A DNA stretch of 32,000 nt. Origin: Promethearchaeum syntrophicum (GTDB lineage: Archaea > Asgardarchaeota > Lokiarchaeia > Sigyniarchaeales > Promethearchaeaceae). How positions within the stretch are numbered: the stretch's first letter is position 1; each line of letters starts with the position of its first letter. The position numbers and the translations under genes were made by a program. The stretch lies in the NCBI RefSeq assembly GCF_008000775.2, contig NZ_CP042905.2, forward strand, positions 3,360,001-3,392,000, in the 5' to 3' direction. This document shows, in pieces, positions 15,711 to 24,889 of the stretch. Under the pieces are notes generated by a model. That model searched no databases, was not told the DNA's origin, and saw only the letters and a list, made by a program, of their open reading frames with translations.

Positions 15711-16688
15711 TTAAATATCCAAGAAATCATCACCTAAAAATTCTTCAAACATTTTATTCTTTTCTCTTTTAGTTAAAATTGGGCGTTCTGAAATAGGATC
15801 ACCAATTAATAATAAAATATCTTGAAGAACTTTAGGATTAATTGCAATTTGCAGTTTTCCTGCTTTAAATCGTATAATTTTTTCACTACCTAATTTTAAT
15901 CGCAGTATAAAACCTAATCCAAAGTAAAATTTATGTTCTTCTAGTGGTTCAACAGCATTTTTACTTGTTACTTCTTTTAGTGCTTCATACAGCATTTGTT
16001 TTGATAATATATAATCTTCACCTACATTGAAAGCAAGATGCCATAAAGCATGATAAACAATTTTTGCCCTACGTTCACTCAAATATTCAATTAGTTCTTC
16101 TCGAGTAACTTCTTTTATGCCTCGAGATTTTTTTTTAAGATCCAATTCAGCTTGCATTTTTGCTTCTAATTCTTCATTTATTTCAGGTTTGAATTCAGGT
16201 TTTTCTGGTTCAGAAATCTCTTGTCCATCAATTACTTGACTGTCGAATTCAATTTTTTGATGCTCTTCTTCAAGAATATTTTCACTTATAGCTTCTTTCA
16301 TATCAGCTAGATCATCGTCTGAAAGATCATCGAGACTATCAAAATCTGCAAATTCTAATAATTCTTGTTCCATTAAGTCCTGTTCTAACAATTTTTCTTC
16401 AGATTGAATTGATTCGGATTTTATTGCTGGGATTGGTTCTCCTTGTTCTTCTTTTTCTTCATGATCCTCTGGTTCTTCTGATACTTCTGGTTCTTCAAGT
16501 TCTTCATGATCTTGTGGTTCTTCTGATACTTCTAGTTCCTCTGATACTTCTAGTTCCTCTGATACTTCTGGTTCCTCTGATAATTCTAGTTGCTCTACTT
16601 CTTCGGGAATTTTTGGTTCATCTGCAATTTCTTGATCTTCAGTAATTTCATCTTTAAGGGTATTAATTTCCTCTTCTTCCAATCCCAT
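15711..16688 (-). CDS. Acidic tandem-repeat protein (E/P/V/S hexapeptide repeats) with a conserved-looking ~140-aa C-terminal globular domain of unknown function
   Basis: The N-terminal half is low-complexity (EQLELSEEPEVSEELEVSEELEVSEEPQDHEELEEPEVSEEPEDHEE). The C-terminal half is ordered (ELIEYLSERRAKIVYHALWHLAFNV...FYFGLGFILRLKLG...) and ends in the acidic peptide FLGDDFLDI. The gene lies 27 nt upstream of engB on the same strand. Confidence 0.6.
   Translation of the reverse strand: MGLEEEEINTLKDEITEDQEIADEPKIPEEVEQLELSEEPEVSEELEVSEELEVSEEPQDHEELEEPEVSEEPEDHEEKEEQGEPIPAIKSESIQSEEKLLEQDLMEQELLEFADFDSLDDLSDDDLADMKEAISENILEEEHQKIEFDSQVIDGQEISEPEKPEFKPEINEELEAKMQAELDLKKKSRGIKEVTREELIEYLSERRAKIVYHALWHLAFNVGEDYILSKQMLYEALKEVTSKNAVEPLEEHKFYFGLGFILRLKLGSEKIIRFKAGKLQIAINPKVLQDILLLIGDPISERPILTKREKNKMFEEFLGDDFLDI
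16459..16607. repeat. Coding tandem repeats: four 18-bp units (TTCCTCTGATACTTCTAG-like, 16518..16589) nested in a ~44-bp higher-order repeat
   Basis: I read it directly. The units are ttcttctgatacttctag, ttcctctgatacttctag, ttcctctgatacttctgg and ttcctctgataattctag. A near-copy, ttcatgatc(c/t)t(c/g)tggttcttctgatacttct, occurs at 16459 and 16503. The repeats encode the EELEVS repeat on the - strand. Confidence 0.85.
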
Positions 16689-16730
16689 ATTAAATGTATA
16701 TAATGTAAATGTAAATAAGTAAGTTTTTTT

Positions 16731-17474
16731 TTGAATGAAAACAAAATTCCAATTGTAATGAACGATAAAGATGTGCTAAAAGGAATTAAATTAGTAATTT
16801 TTGATTATGATGGCGTAATTTACAATATGATAGAACCACTTAGACAAACGGTAGTTGAAGGTACAGAAAAATTTGCACTTAAATCATCGGGTCTCCAAGA
16901 AGACATGCGAGAAGTTTTTCATTTATTGGAATTTGCTTTAACAAGGACTGTGGCGGATCAAATATTAGATTCAAAAGAAATGTTGGATATTCAGCTACTT
17001 AAAGGGGTACCTCATTTGAAACGTTTAAGAATTGCCACATCGTTCTATGGAGATTTTCGCGACAGAACAAAAGAACCGATTTTATTTGATGGAGTGGAGG
17101 AATTGGTTAAAAAATTAAATAAAAAGGGAATCAAAATGGCTATTCTGTCAAATAGCGCAAAGAAGTACATTTTATCAACATTGGAGCAATATGAGTTATT
17201 GAACTATTTTTCAACTATTTTGGGAGCAGCCGAAGTGAAAGAAGTGAAACCAAATCCCGAAGGTCTTTTAAAAATATTGGAAATAGAAAATGTTAAGCCA
17301 AAAGAAGTGATTTTTATTGGGGATATGATAAGTGATACAGACGCGGGAAAAAATGCAAAAATTAAGACAATTGCTATCGCAAGTGGAATATTACCTGTAG
17401 AAAAACTTGTTGCTGAAAACCCCTATTTTTTAGCGCATAATATTTTGGAAATCCAACAATTTTTCAATTTGTAG
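16731..17474 (+). CDS. HAD-superfamily hydrolase (phosphoglycolate phosphatase-like, subfamily IA)
   Basis: HAD motif I is VIFDYDGVIYN (DxDG). Motif II is ILSNS. Motifs III/IV are K...GDMISDTDAGKNA. The start is TTG at 16731, with an alternative ATG at 16758. Confidence 0.8.
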   Translation: MNENKIPIVMNDKDVLKGIKLVIFDYDGVIYNMIEPLRQTVVEGTEKFALKSSGLQEDMREVFHLLEFALTRTVADQILDSKEMLDIQLLKGVPHLKRLRIATSFYGDFRDRTKEPILFDGVEELVKKLNKKGIKMAILSNSAKKYILSTLEQYELLNYFSTILGAAEVKEVKPNPEGLLKILEIENVKPKEVIFIGDMISDTDAGKNAKIKTIAIASGILPVEKLVAENPYFLAHNILEIQQFFNL

Positions 17475-17524
17475 ACAATAAAACGAAAAATTTTTTTTTA
17501 AGCCCTTCTTTTTCTTAAAAGCGT

Positions 17525-19597
17525 ATGAAACTATTACTAATTCATTCAAAAAACGCCTCTATGGAAAAAAAAGGGAAAGCTACATCCAAACCTCAAGAAT
17601 ATAAAAAAAAAACTCTTGAACTTGAGGGAAAAGTTTTGGTTTGTTTCGTTTCTGTAGAAGATCAAGATACTTTTGATATTAATATTATTTCAAATCAAGC
17701 TGCTGATGAAATAAAGAACAGTATTGAATTAATTGAGACCTTTCCAGAGAAAATTGAAGAACAAAATAAAGAAATTACAAAATTTAACAAAGGTCTGAAA
17801 GCAGCCCAAGAAAGAGGATTTCGTAAAAATGAAAATCCACGTGCTAAAAAGAAGTTACTATTAGATCCGGCTCAATATAAAGTAGATAAGATTTTAGTAT
17901 ATCCTTGGGCTCATTTAAGTAACTTTCTTAGTCAAGAAAAGACTGCTCAAGACGTGTGCCCTACAATTTCTAAACTTTTAAAAAAAGAGGGATATGATGC
18001 GTACTATTCACCATTTGGGTGGTATAAAGCCTTCAATTTAAATTGCTTAGGACATGAAGTAGCCGAAATGTATCGAGACGTCCCTTTAGCTTTACTTTCA
18101 ACTGAAGTTCGCGCAAAATCTGTATTTAAAATAGTTAATCCTGATAAATCTATAGTAGATTTTTGCACAAGTGATGAAGAAAGTAAGAAAAATGCAAAAA
18201 TCCCTAAGAAATATTCGAAGGATTTCAAGGATTTTATTACTTCCGAAGTATTAAGCTCGCGTGAAGCCGGAAAACAAGAACCTGCTCATATAAAACTTAT
18301 GCAAAAATTTGAATATGCAGATTTTGATGATGCAACGGATGCAGGTAATTTTCGATGGTATACAAAAGGTGTACTAATTAAAAACTTAATTCGAGATTAC
18401 GTCGAAAATAAAATGGTTGAGATGGGTGCAATATATGTAGATACCCCAATAATGTATACAGTAAAAAATAAAAAATTAACTGCACAAACTGCGCGCTTTC
18501 CTGCAAAAACCTATTGGCTTCATAGTGGAAATAATAGATATTTATTAAGATTTGCTTGTGATTTCCTACTATTTAATATGTTTTCACAAATGCATATTCG
18601 AGAAGAACATCTACCTATTCCTGTTTATGAATATGAAACATATGCTTTTAGACGAGAACAAGCAGGAGAATTAGCAGGCTTGCGTAGATTACGCACATTT
18701 ACAATGCCAGATACGCATACACTCTGTCGGGATATACCTCAGTCAGTGGAAGAATTTAAGAAGCAATTTCTCGTTTCTAATCAAATTTTGAATGATCTGG
18801 GATTGAAATCCTTTATGGTAATTCGCACAACGGAGAAATTTTGGGAAGAACATAAAGATTGGATTTTGGAAATAATTACCTCAGAGGGAGAACCCAGTTT
18901 AATCGAATTATGGCCAGAAAGGTACTATTATTTCATTTTAAAATATGAACGCCCAGTATTATCTGCTCAAGGAAAAACCGCTTGTTTATGTACAAACCAA
19001 ATTGATGTAGAATCCGCTCAAGATTTCATAACTCAATATGGAGAAAAACGAATGAAATATAATATTAATTGGCATTCCAAAGACAATAAAACAGGACATC
19101 CAGTTATTCTCCATAATTCTCCTTCGGGCGCAGTAGAACGAATTATTTGGGGTTTATTAGAAACAAGTGCACGTTATGAGAAAGAAAAGGTAACAGGAAT
19201 TAAAACTTGGCTTAGCCCAATTCAATGTCGAGTAATGGCAATTTCTCAAAAAGAAAGCGATTATGCAGAAGAAATTCTATACCAACTTAATAAGAAAAAT
19301 ATCAGATGTGATTATGATGATCGGGATGAAAAAATCGGCAAGAAAATAAGGACGGCTGAAACCGAATGGGTCCCATACACGATAATCGTTGGAAATAAAG
19401 AAGTTGAGAATAAGACGGTTTCCGTTCGAAAAAGATTAATCGGACAACCATTAGTTGATGGAAAAACAAATGATCAAATCAACGATATTTCACTAAAGAA
19501 ATTAATTTCATTAATTGAAAAAGATCTGAAAGGTTTACCAAGACGCGCTTTACCAATTCCATTCCAAAGGTTAAGCACTCGAATTTCTTTCAGATAA
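17525..19597 (+). CDS. thrS: Threonyl-tRNA synthetase, archaeal type with an N-terminal DTD-like editing domain
   Basis: The N-terminus, MKLLLIHS...VLVCFVSVE...ILVYPWAHLS...SPFGWYKAFNLNCLGH, matches the archaeal ThrRS editing domain. The class II core is present (FRWYTKG, motif 2 AFRREQAGELAGLRRLRTFTMPDTH). A C-terminal anticodon-binding domain follows (WLSPIQCRVMAIS...VPYTIIVGNKE). Confidence 0.95.
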   Translation: MKLLLIHSKNASMEKKGKATSKPQEYKKKTLELEGKVLVCFVSVEDQDTFDINIISNQAADEIKNSIELIETFPEKIEEQNKEITKFNKGLKAAQERGFRKNENPRAKKKLLLDPAQYKVDKILVYPWAHLSNFLSQEKTAQDVCPTISKLLKKEGYDAYYSPFGWYKAFNLNCLGHEVAEMYRDVPLALLSTEVRAKSVFKIVNPDKSIVDFCTSDEESKKNAKIPKKYSKDFKDFITSEVLSSREAGKQEPAHIKLMQKFEYADFDDATDAGNFRWYTKGVLIKNLIRDYVENKMVEMGAIYVDTPIMYTVKNKKLTAQTARFPAKTYWLHSGNNRYLLRFACDFLLFNMFSQMHIREEHLPIPVYEYETYAFRREQAGELAGLRRLRTFTMPDTHTLCRDIPQSVEEFKKQFLVSNQILNDLGLKSFMVIRTTEKFWEEHKDWILEIITSEGEPSLIELWPERYYYFILKYERPVLSAQGKTACLCTNQIDVESAQDFITQYGEKRMKYNINWHSKDNKTGHPVILHNSPSGAVERIIWGLLETSARYEKEKVTGIKTWLSPIQCRVMAISQKESDYAEEILYQLNKKNIRCDYDDRDEKIGKKIRTAETEWVPYTIIVGNKEVENKTVSVRKRLIGQPLVDGKTNDQINDISLKKLISLIEKDLKGLPRRALPIPFQRLSTRISFR

Positions 19598-19619
19598 TTT
19601 TCTTCATTTTTTTCTTATC

Positions 19620-20948
19620 TTATACTTTACTGAAATCAATTTTTATAGATTTTCCTTCAGGCCAAGATCCTCTTAAAAGAATATCTTTTGATGGTTTGTG
19701 CTTTTCAATTATTGGAAAACCTCCTATTTTTTCTAGCTCTTGTGCAAAATCTAGAAGATCTTTAAAATTCGGTCCAAAATCACGCAATGTATGGTCTCCC
19801 TTGAATTTTCCTAACCGTTTTTCCAAATTTAAAGCGCTTGCCTCAATGGTAAATCCCTTAATATCAATAAAATTTGGATTTGCCATTTTTAGGAGTTTCA
19901 CATAATTAGGAACCATGCCTAAATTAATATTAAGAAATTTTACAGAAGTAATTCTTATAACTGTTCTACAGGAGAGAGTTGGAATAATCCTAAGGGTTTC
20001 CATTAGGTTTTCCCAAGCATTTTTAGTAAGAGGTCTGGAAATCTTGATAAAATCTTGTTTTGTAGGGGCGGTTAAAGTTACATATAATTGAGTGGGTAAT
20101 TGATTTTTTTCTACTAATTTCTTTAAAACCTCAGGTTGGGTTCCGTTTGTTACAATAAAAGTACACATATTTCTATTACGAAATTCGGTTACAAGCTCGC
20201 CGATGGCTGGGTATAACATTGGCTCTCCCGCGAGAGAGATGGCAGCATGTTTAGGAACTTCTGCATTTTTAAAAACTTTATCCAAATCTTCTTTTGTAGT
20301 AACGTCTTTAGCAATTAACTGATCAATTTCTTCATACGATTGAATCTTGTTTTTAATTTCATTTTGTAAAACGTATTTATCTTCAGTAGGATTTTTTAAA
20401 ATTGAACAATTTTTTAAAACTAAAACAGCTCTATGAATTTTTGTTCGAGTAGTATTTAAAATCTTAGCCAGATCCAGCTCTCCAAATACGATATCAGCAA
20501 GATTTTGCTGTTTTATGGTATCATGATAAGTATATAGTATTTTGTGCATTAAATCTAAATTATCAATTGATTTTTTCTTGGTTATATGCTCAAAAATTAA
20601 ATTCTTTGAATGCCTAATCATTTCTCTAGCAATTACCTTGGGAGAATCCATCGGACCCTTCCATTCGGGGCCAAATGATGCATTTTCGTAATCACGCCAG
20701 CAAAAAACACACTGATGATTGCAAAATGGAAGAGTAGGTGTGTTTTGGATACATGTTTCTGATTCAATTCCAAAATACCCTTTATAGCAGTTCCGATTTG
20801 ATCTACCGGTAAGTAACTTCTGTTCTTGCCAATGGCATGGCTTGATTGCAGAATGTTTTAAAGGTCCGATAATTCTATAGTTTGATTTCATGTATGATTT
20901 GACTAATTTTTCTTTATCAAATCCACTTTGAATTGTTTTTTTTTCCAT
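19620..20948 (-). CDS. taw1: tRNA 4-demethylwyosine synthase Taw1/TYW1 (radical SAM), carrying an internal ~90-aa insertion
   Basis: Auxiliary-cluster Cys residues lie in HSAIKPCHW...NCYKGYFGIESETCIQNTP. The radical-SAM motif is CNHQCVFCWR. AISLAGEPMLYP and FIVTNGT follow, all in Taw1 order. Confidence 0.85.
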   Translation of the reverse strand: MEKKTIQSGFDKEKLVKSYMKSNYRIIGPLKHSAIKPCHWQEQKLLTGRSNRNCYKGYFGIESETCIQNTPTLPFCNHQCVFCWRDYENASFGPEWKGPMDSPKVIAREMIRHSKNLIFEHITKKKSIDNLDLMHKILYTYHDTIKQQNLADIVFGELDLAKILNTTRTKIHRAVLVLKNCSILKNPTEDKYVLQNEIKNKIQSYEEIDQLIAKDVTTKEDLDKVFKNAEVPKHAAISLAGEPMLYPAIGELVTEFRNRNMCTFIVTNGTQPEVLKKLVEKNQLPTQLYVTLTAPTKQDFIKISRPLTKNAWENLMETLRIIPTLSCRTVIRITSVKFLNINLGMVPNYVKLLKMANPNFIDIKGFTIEASALNLEKRLGKFKGDHTLRDFGPNFKDLLDFAQELEKIGGFPIIEKHKPSKDILLRGSWPEGKSIKIDFSKV

Positions 20949-21020
20949 TATAATATAGAGAAGTAGAATGTTCGATGAAATAATTATTTTTTTATTTATA
21001 AATTTCGAATAAAATCAAGA

Positions 21021-21344
21021 TCAATCAAGATCTAACCCCTTACTCTCATCTGGATAAGCTATTAACAAAAAATGTTTAATATCTACAGATTTTTCCTTTA
21101 TGAATAATTGAACTTCAGTTTGGGCAATAAATTCATCGCATTTTGATTTCAGATATTCTTCCTCTTCATCTGATAACATATCCTTACCGAATTTATCCCA
21201 AGCCATTGTATATAAGTATGACCAGATTTGCTCTTTAATCTCATCTTGGATTTTTGTTCCGGTTTGTAGAATTTCAATCCAATAAATATCTTCAAAAGAA
21301 ATCTCTTGATATTTGAAAACTGAAAGATTAATTTCTGGGAACAT
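21021..21344 (-). CDS. Hypothetical small acidic protein, 107 aa
   Basis: It is an ORF of reasonable length 47 nt downstream of, and co-oriented with, the zinc-ribbon membrane protein gene. I recognised no motif. Confidence 0.45.
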   Translation of the reverse strand: MFPEINLSVFKYQEISFEDIYWIEILQTGTKIQDEIKEQIWSYLYTMAWDKFGKDMLSDEEEEYLKSKCDEFIAQTEVQLFIKEKSVDIKHFLLIAYPDESKGLDLD

Positions 21345-21391
21345 TACTTATTAAATAACAAAAAAGAAGAAGATAAAAACATTAGGAAAAA

Positions 21392-22513
21392 TTAGTATTT
21401 TTCAGATAACACAGAAGTTAAAACCATGATTCCTCCTCCAATTGCTAACATTAAACCCGCCAAATTGTAAAAGGAAGCAATTATTCCTAATATTAATTTC
21501 ACAATCCCTATCCACAAAACAATGTCTTTTATTTGCTTTTTATAAGAAAATAATTGGACTACTATGAGATCAATTAAGAGTGCTGCAATTGCGATGAAAA
21601 AATATGTTTTGGTAATGGAATCCATTTCATTTATTAAGAAAATAGAAGGTCCAAGGATTATAAACCCAAAAATCGAAGAAAATTTATTTAAAATTGAAAG
21701 TAACACTTCTCCAAAGGATTTTTTATATTTATTTGAAAAGAAAATTGCCCGATCAGCTATGGCAATAATTAAAACTAAAAATGCTTTAAAACAAAGAAAA
21801 ATTCCTGCACCGAATGCAAAAAATGATCCCAATATCCCTACAATCAAATATTCCAATCCATAATTTGTTAAATCATGGCGTTCAATTCTTTTCCTTACAT
21901 AAAAATAATCATAAAATAATATAATTAAGCTAGCAACTAACGGCACCAGTGATTTTAATAATTCTGTAGAAAATCCAGGTGTTCCAATAAGGGGGATCAT
22001 TTTCATAAGAATTACTACTCCTATAACTAAGACCCAAATAAGCTCTAGAATTGCTGTTGTCATATTCATTCGATGAAAATAGGAATATTTTCCAGTAGAA
22101 GGTTGAAAACCTCTTTGGAAATTTGATTTTTTTGGAACTTTATCCCTGTAAATATTTTGATATGGAATATCATGTGTTTCACTTTTCTCTTCTTCATAAG
22201 GAGGAGGATTAGAAGGTTTTTCCAGAGAGGATTCATTTTTCAATTTCTTCTTAACTTCATTATATTGAATCTCAACGTTTTCTTTTATTATTTCCCCCCC
22301 TTTTTTAAGACTATGCCCTAAACTTTTTCCAATTTCTTTCCAATTCTTCTTAGCAGAATCTGATTTCCCTTCAATTTTTACTGTTTTCGTTTTAATCATT
22401 TTTCCGCATGTTTCACAATAGATTTTTTTACCTTGAATTAGGAGATCTATTTGTTCTTGGCTGATTGTGCTTCCACATTCAGTACAGAACAGTTTATTTG
22501 CATTTTCATTCAT
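21392..22513 (-). CDS. Zinc-ribbon plus polytopic membrane protein (family member P1)
   Basis: The N-terminal ribbon is CTECGSTISQEQIDLLIQGKKIYCETCG. A K/E-rich linker follows, then about 7 TM segments. The ribbon is near-identical in pattern to that of the ORF at 24890..26695. Confidence 0.65.
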   Translation of the reverse strand: MNENANKLFCTECGSTISQEQIDLLIQGKKIYCETCGKMIKTKTVKIEGKSDSAKKNWKEIGKSLGHSLKKGGEIIKENVEIQYNEVKKKLKNESSLEKPSNPPPYEEEKSETHDIPYQNIYRDKVPKKSNFQRGFQPSTGKYSYFHRMNMTTAILELIWVLVIGVVILMKMIPLIGTPGFSTELLKSLVPLVASLIILFYDYFYVRKRIERHDLTNYGLEYLIVGILGSFFAFGAGIFLCFKAFLVLIIAIADRAIFFSNKYKKSFGEVLLSILNKFSSIFGFIILGPSIFLINEMDSITKTYFFIAIAALLIDLIVVQLFSYKKQIKDIVLWIGIVKLILGIIASFYNLAGLMLAIGGGIMVLTSVLSEKY

Positions 22514-22642
22514 TTTTTCGTATATTCCATACTTAGTTTTTTGTTTCTATCTAGAATGTAAAATTGATTCTATAAAAATATCGGTATTGGTGTGAATTCT
22601 AATCATTAAAAGTTATTAATAGAGAACGTGAAATAGAATATT

Positions 22643-23665
22643 ATGAAGAAGAAAACCATTTTTTCATGGGTTCTTTTAATCGGATTATCTATTGCTTCTT
22701 CGATAATTGTATTGAACCTTACAGACCAGAATTCCTTGCTTCAGAAGATTTCCCTCGCAATTTCGGTTCTTTTTATAACCAGTTCGATTTTGTTGTTACT
22801 TTTACCGGGTATTAATAAGAGTTTTCTTGAATTTTTCAAAATAAAATATCGCTATTATCTTTTCGTGTTAGCTATACTGGTACTTCCTTTAATCAATTGG
22901 TTTTTCATTCCTGATTTTTCTTCCAACCTAAAGAATATTGTAGGTTCTTACTTTCTTTGGTATATTTTACCAGCATTGATTATGATTATACCCACCTTCC
23001 ATATCAACTTAAAACCTTGGGGTCCACTATTTCATATACTAGGTGTTATCTATCTTGCAATAGGATTTGATGATCGATATACAGATCCCACAATTAGTGG
23101 ATTTATCGATTTGGGTTATAGTTTCAATGCATTGTGGGTGTCGGCCTTATGTCTCGCCATTATCTCTATTCAATTTGATGAATATTTAGAATATTTTAAT
23201 TGGGACTTTGATCTGAAAAAAATTGGTTTTCCAATTGGTATTTTATTTTCATTCGCAATAATTGTCCTTCCCGTGGGTCTTTTAACAGGATTTTTAGTAT
23301 GGAACCCAACTTGGGAGGGAATAGGAATGTTTCTATTAACTTTCCTTGGGATTTGGTTTACGATTGCTTTGCCTGAAGAAGTGATTGCTCGCGGAATCAT
23401 TCAACACCAAATGGTAAATGTAGCTAAAAAAAATCTCTTAAATTTTAAAAAATGGCATAAAATCATAATTATCCTACTCGCATCCTTTATTTTCGGGATA
23501 TCCCATTGGAATAATACCTCCGCAGAATTTATATGGATTTACATTGGTTTAGCAACTGTTGCGGGTATTGGATTTGGGGCATGTTGGGAGAAGTATGGAT
23601 TATTTTCTTCCATGTTGATGCATACTATAATTGATTTTGTATGGGTAATGTGCTTTAAGGCATGA
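22643..23665 (+). CDS. CPBP-family (CAAX protease / Abi) intramembrane glutamic metalloprotease
   Basis: All three CPBP motifs occur in order within TM helices: EEVIARG (EExxxR), FGISHW (FxxxH) and HTIIDF (HxxxD/N). The N-terminal extension is polytopic. Confidence 0.8.
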   Translation: MKKKTIFSWVLLIGLSIASSIIVLNLTDQNSLLQKISLAISVLFITSSILLLLLPGINKSFLEFFKIKYRYYLFVLAILVLPLINWFFIPDFSSNLKNIVGSYFLWYILPALIMIIPTFHINLKPWGPLFHILGVIYLAIGFDDRYTDPTISGFIDLGYSFNALWVSALCLAIISIQFDEYLEYFNWDFDLKKIGFPIGILFSFAIIVLPVGLLTGFLVWNPTWEGIGMFLLTFLGIWFTIALPEEVIARGIIQHQMVNVAKKNLLNFKKWHKIIIILLASFIFGISHWNNTSAEFIWIYIGLATVAGIGFGACWEKYGLFSSMLMHTIIDFVWVMCFKA

Positions 23666-23710
23666 AATGTCTTTTTTTAGAAAATTTACCTTTACTAATT
23701 TAGATTTTGA

Positions 23711-24883
23711 TTATAAACTCATTACATTCCCAAAAGGAGGAACCTTAAAAAGATCATTATATCTTCTTAGAAGCTCGGTATTAACATTCAAAGAATTGTC
23801 TACCTTGTTAATTAAGTTCATACTAATCAAGTTTTTAATGTGATATTGTATTGCACCATGATAGACTCCTAATCGTCTGGCAACCTCTGATAACCCCACT
23901 TTTTCCTTGATTAAAATCATTAAGATGTTGGTAACTAGAGGATTTAAGAACAACACCACAAAATCATCAAATATTTCAGGCACATTTTCTAAGAAGTAAT
24001 TTTGAGTTCTCCCAATCCGTTTAGAACGGACCAAACCGAAAGCTTCAAGCACCATTACATGCTTAATAAAAGGATTTCTGGTAATATGCAATTCCTCCTC
24101 AATTAAAGTATCTCGTGCATGAGTCCCTGGGTGTTCATGAATGAAATTAAGAACATTTTTTAATGTTTCTGCTTGAAGAATCTCTCTTCTTGTTCGACGC
24201 TGTTCTGTAACCATCCATTTATTCTGAATTAAATCTTTAATACAAGCAAAAATTGATTCTTTTGAAAACCCTTGAGTATGGGTCAACCGTGCAATGCATT
24301 TGGAATATAATTGCTCTACTAACGGACTCATAGTTTCGACTCGATCTACTTCAAGGCTTGAATTGTATTTTTTCTTCTTTAAAATTGATTTGGCGATATC
24401 AAGAACACTCTTTTCTAAGGTTGAAAGGTTTTCATATTCTCTTTCAAGTTTCTCAATTGGATTTTCTTTAGCTTCAATTAATTGATCGATTGTATCATCT
24501 ATTGAAGGAACTATTTCATTTTGAAGAGGAGTTGATATTTCAGGCGAAATTGCACTTTCAGATTCGCTTAATGTTGGGAATGGTTGAAAAACGGTCGGTT
24601 TAATTCCTTTTAAGTCTTCTTGTTGTTCTTTGTTTTGATGAGTTATGATTTGCTTTATATTTTTAGTTCTGCTTTTCTCATCAATTTCGGATTCTGTACC
24701 GGGAAATGGTTTAAATTCTTGTTTTAATGGTTTGATTTCAGGAGCAGATTTAGTTTTAGAGGGATAGAGACTGGATATAATTTCTTCCTTTTGTGATTTA
24801 GTAGAGGTTTTATCTTCTTCAGATTTAATATTTTTATCCCCAGTTTTCGGTTTTTTGGGTCTAATTATCTGTTTTTCTGACAT
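23711..24883 (-). CDS. Putative DNA-binding protein with a disordered K/E/S/P-rich N-terminal half and two winged-helix (ArsR/MarR-like) domains
   Basis: The first wHTH is VLNFIHEHPGTHARDTLIEEELHITRNPFIKHVMVLEAFGLVRSKRIGRTQNYF. The second is GLSEVARRLGVYHGAIQYHIKNLISMNLINKV. The start lies 6 nt after the stop of the upstream zinc-ribbon membrane gene. Confidence 0.7.
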   Translation of the reverse strand: MSEKQIIRPKKPKTGDKNIKSEEDKTSTKSQKEEIISSLYPSKTKSAPEIKPLKQEFKPFPGTESEIDEKSRTKNIKQIITHQNKEQQEDLKGIKPTVFQPFPTLSESESAISPEISTPLQNEIVPSIDDTIDQLIEAKENPIEKLEREYENLSTLEKSVLDIAKSILKKKKYNSSLEVDRVETMSPLVEQLYSKCIARLTHTQGFSKESIFACIKDLIQNKWMVTEQRRTRREILQAETLKNVLNFIHEHPGTHARDTLIEEELHITRNPFIKHVMVLEAFGLVRSKRIGRTQNYFLENVPEIFDDFVVLFLNPLVTNILMILIKEKVGLSEVARRLGVYHGAIQYHIKNLISMNLINKVDNSLNVNTELLRRYNDLFKVPPFGNVMSL

Positions 24884-24889
24884 TTACTT

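Noticed and set aside
16459-16607. The tandem 18-bp repeats could be a CRISPR-like or minisatellite array.
   Set aside because: The units are contiguous with no spacers. They lie in frame inside a long ORF and encode an acidic hexapeptide repeat, so this is a coding repeat and not a CRISPR array.
2193-24485. Other short track ORFs nested in or antisense to larger genes: 2193..2387, 2802..3002, 3791..3991, 5218..5424, 5903..6136, 6193..6441, 10817..11014, 13695..13913, 13942..14124, 16409..16645, 18004..18228, 19696..19905, 21564..21863, 23170..23400 and 24294..24485.
   Set aside because: Each overlaps a longer ORF with recognisable family motifs or much greater length. Their translations are low-complexity with no motifs. 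For example, 16409..16645 is merely the antisense reading of the acidic repeat.
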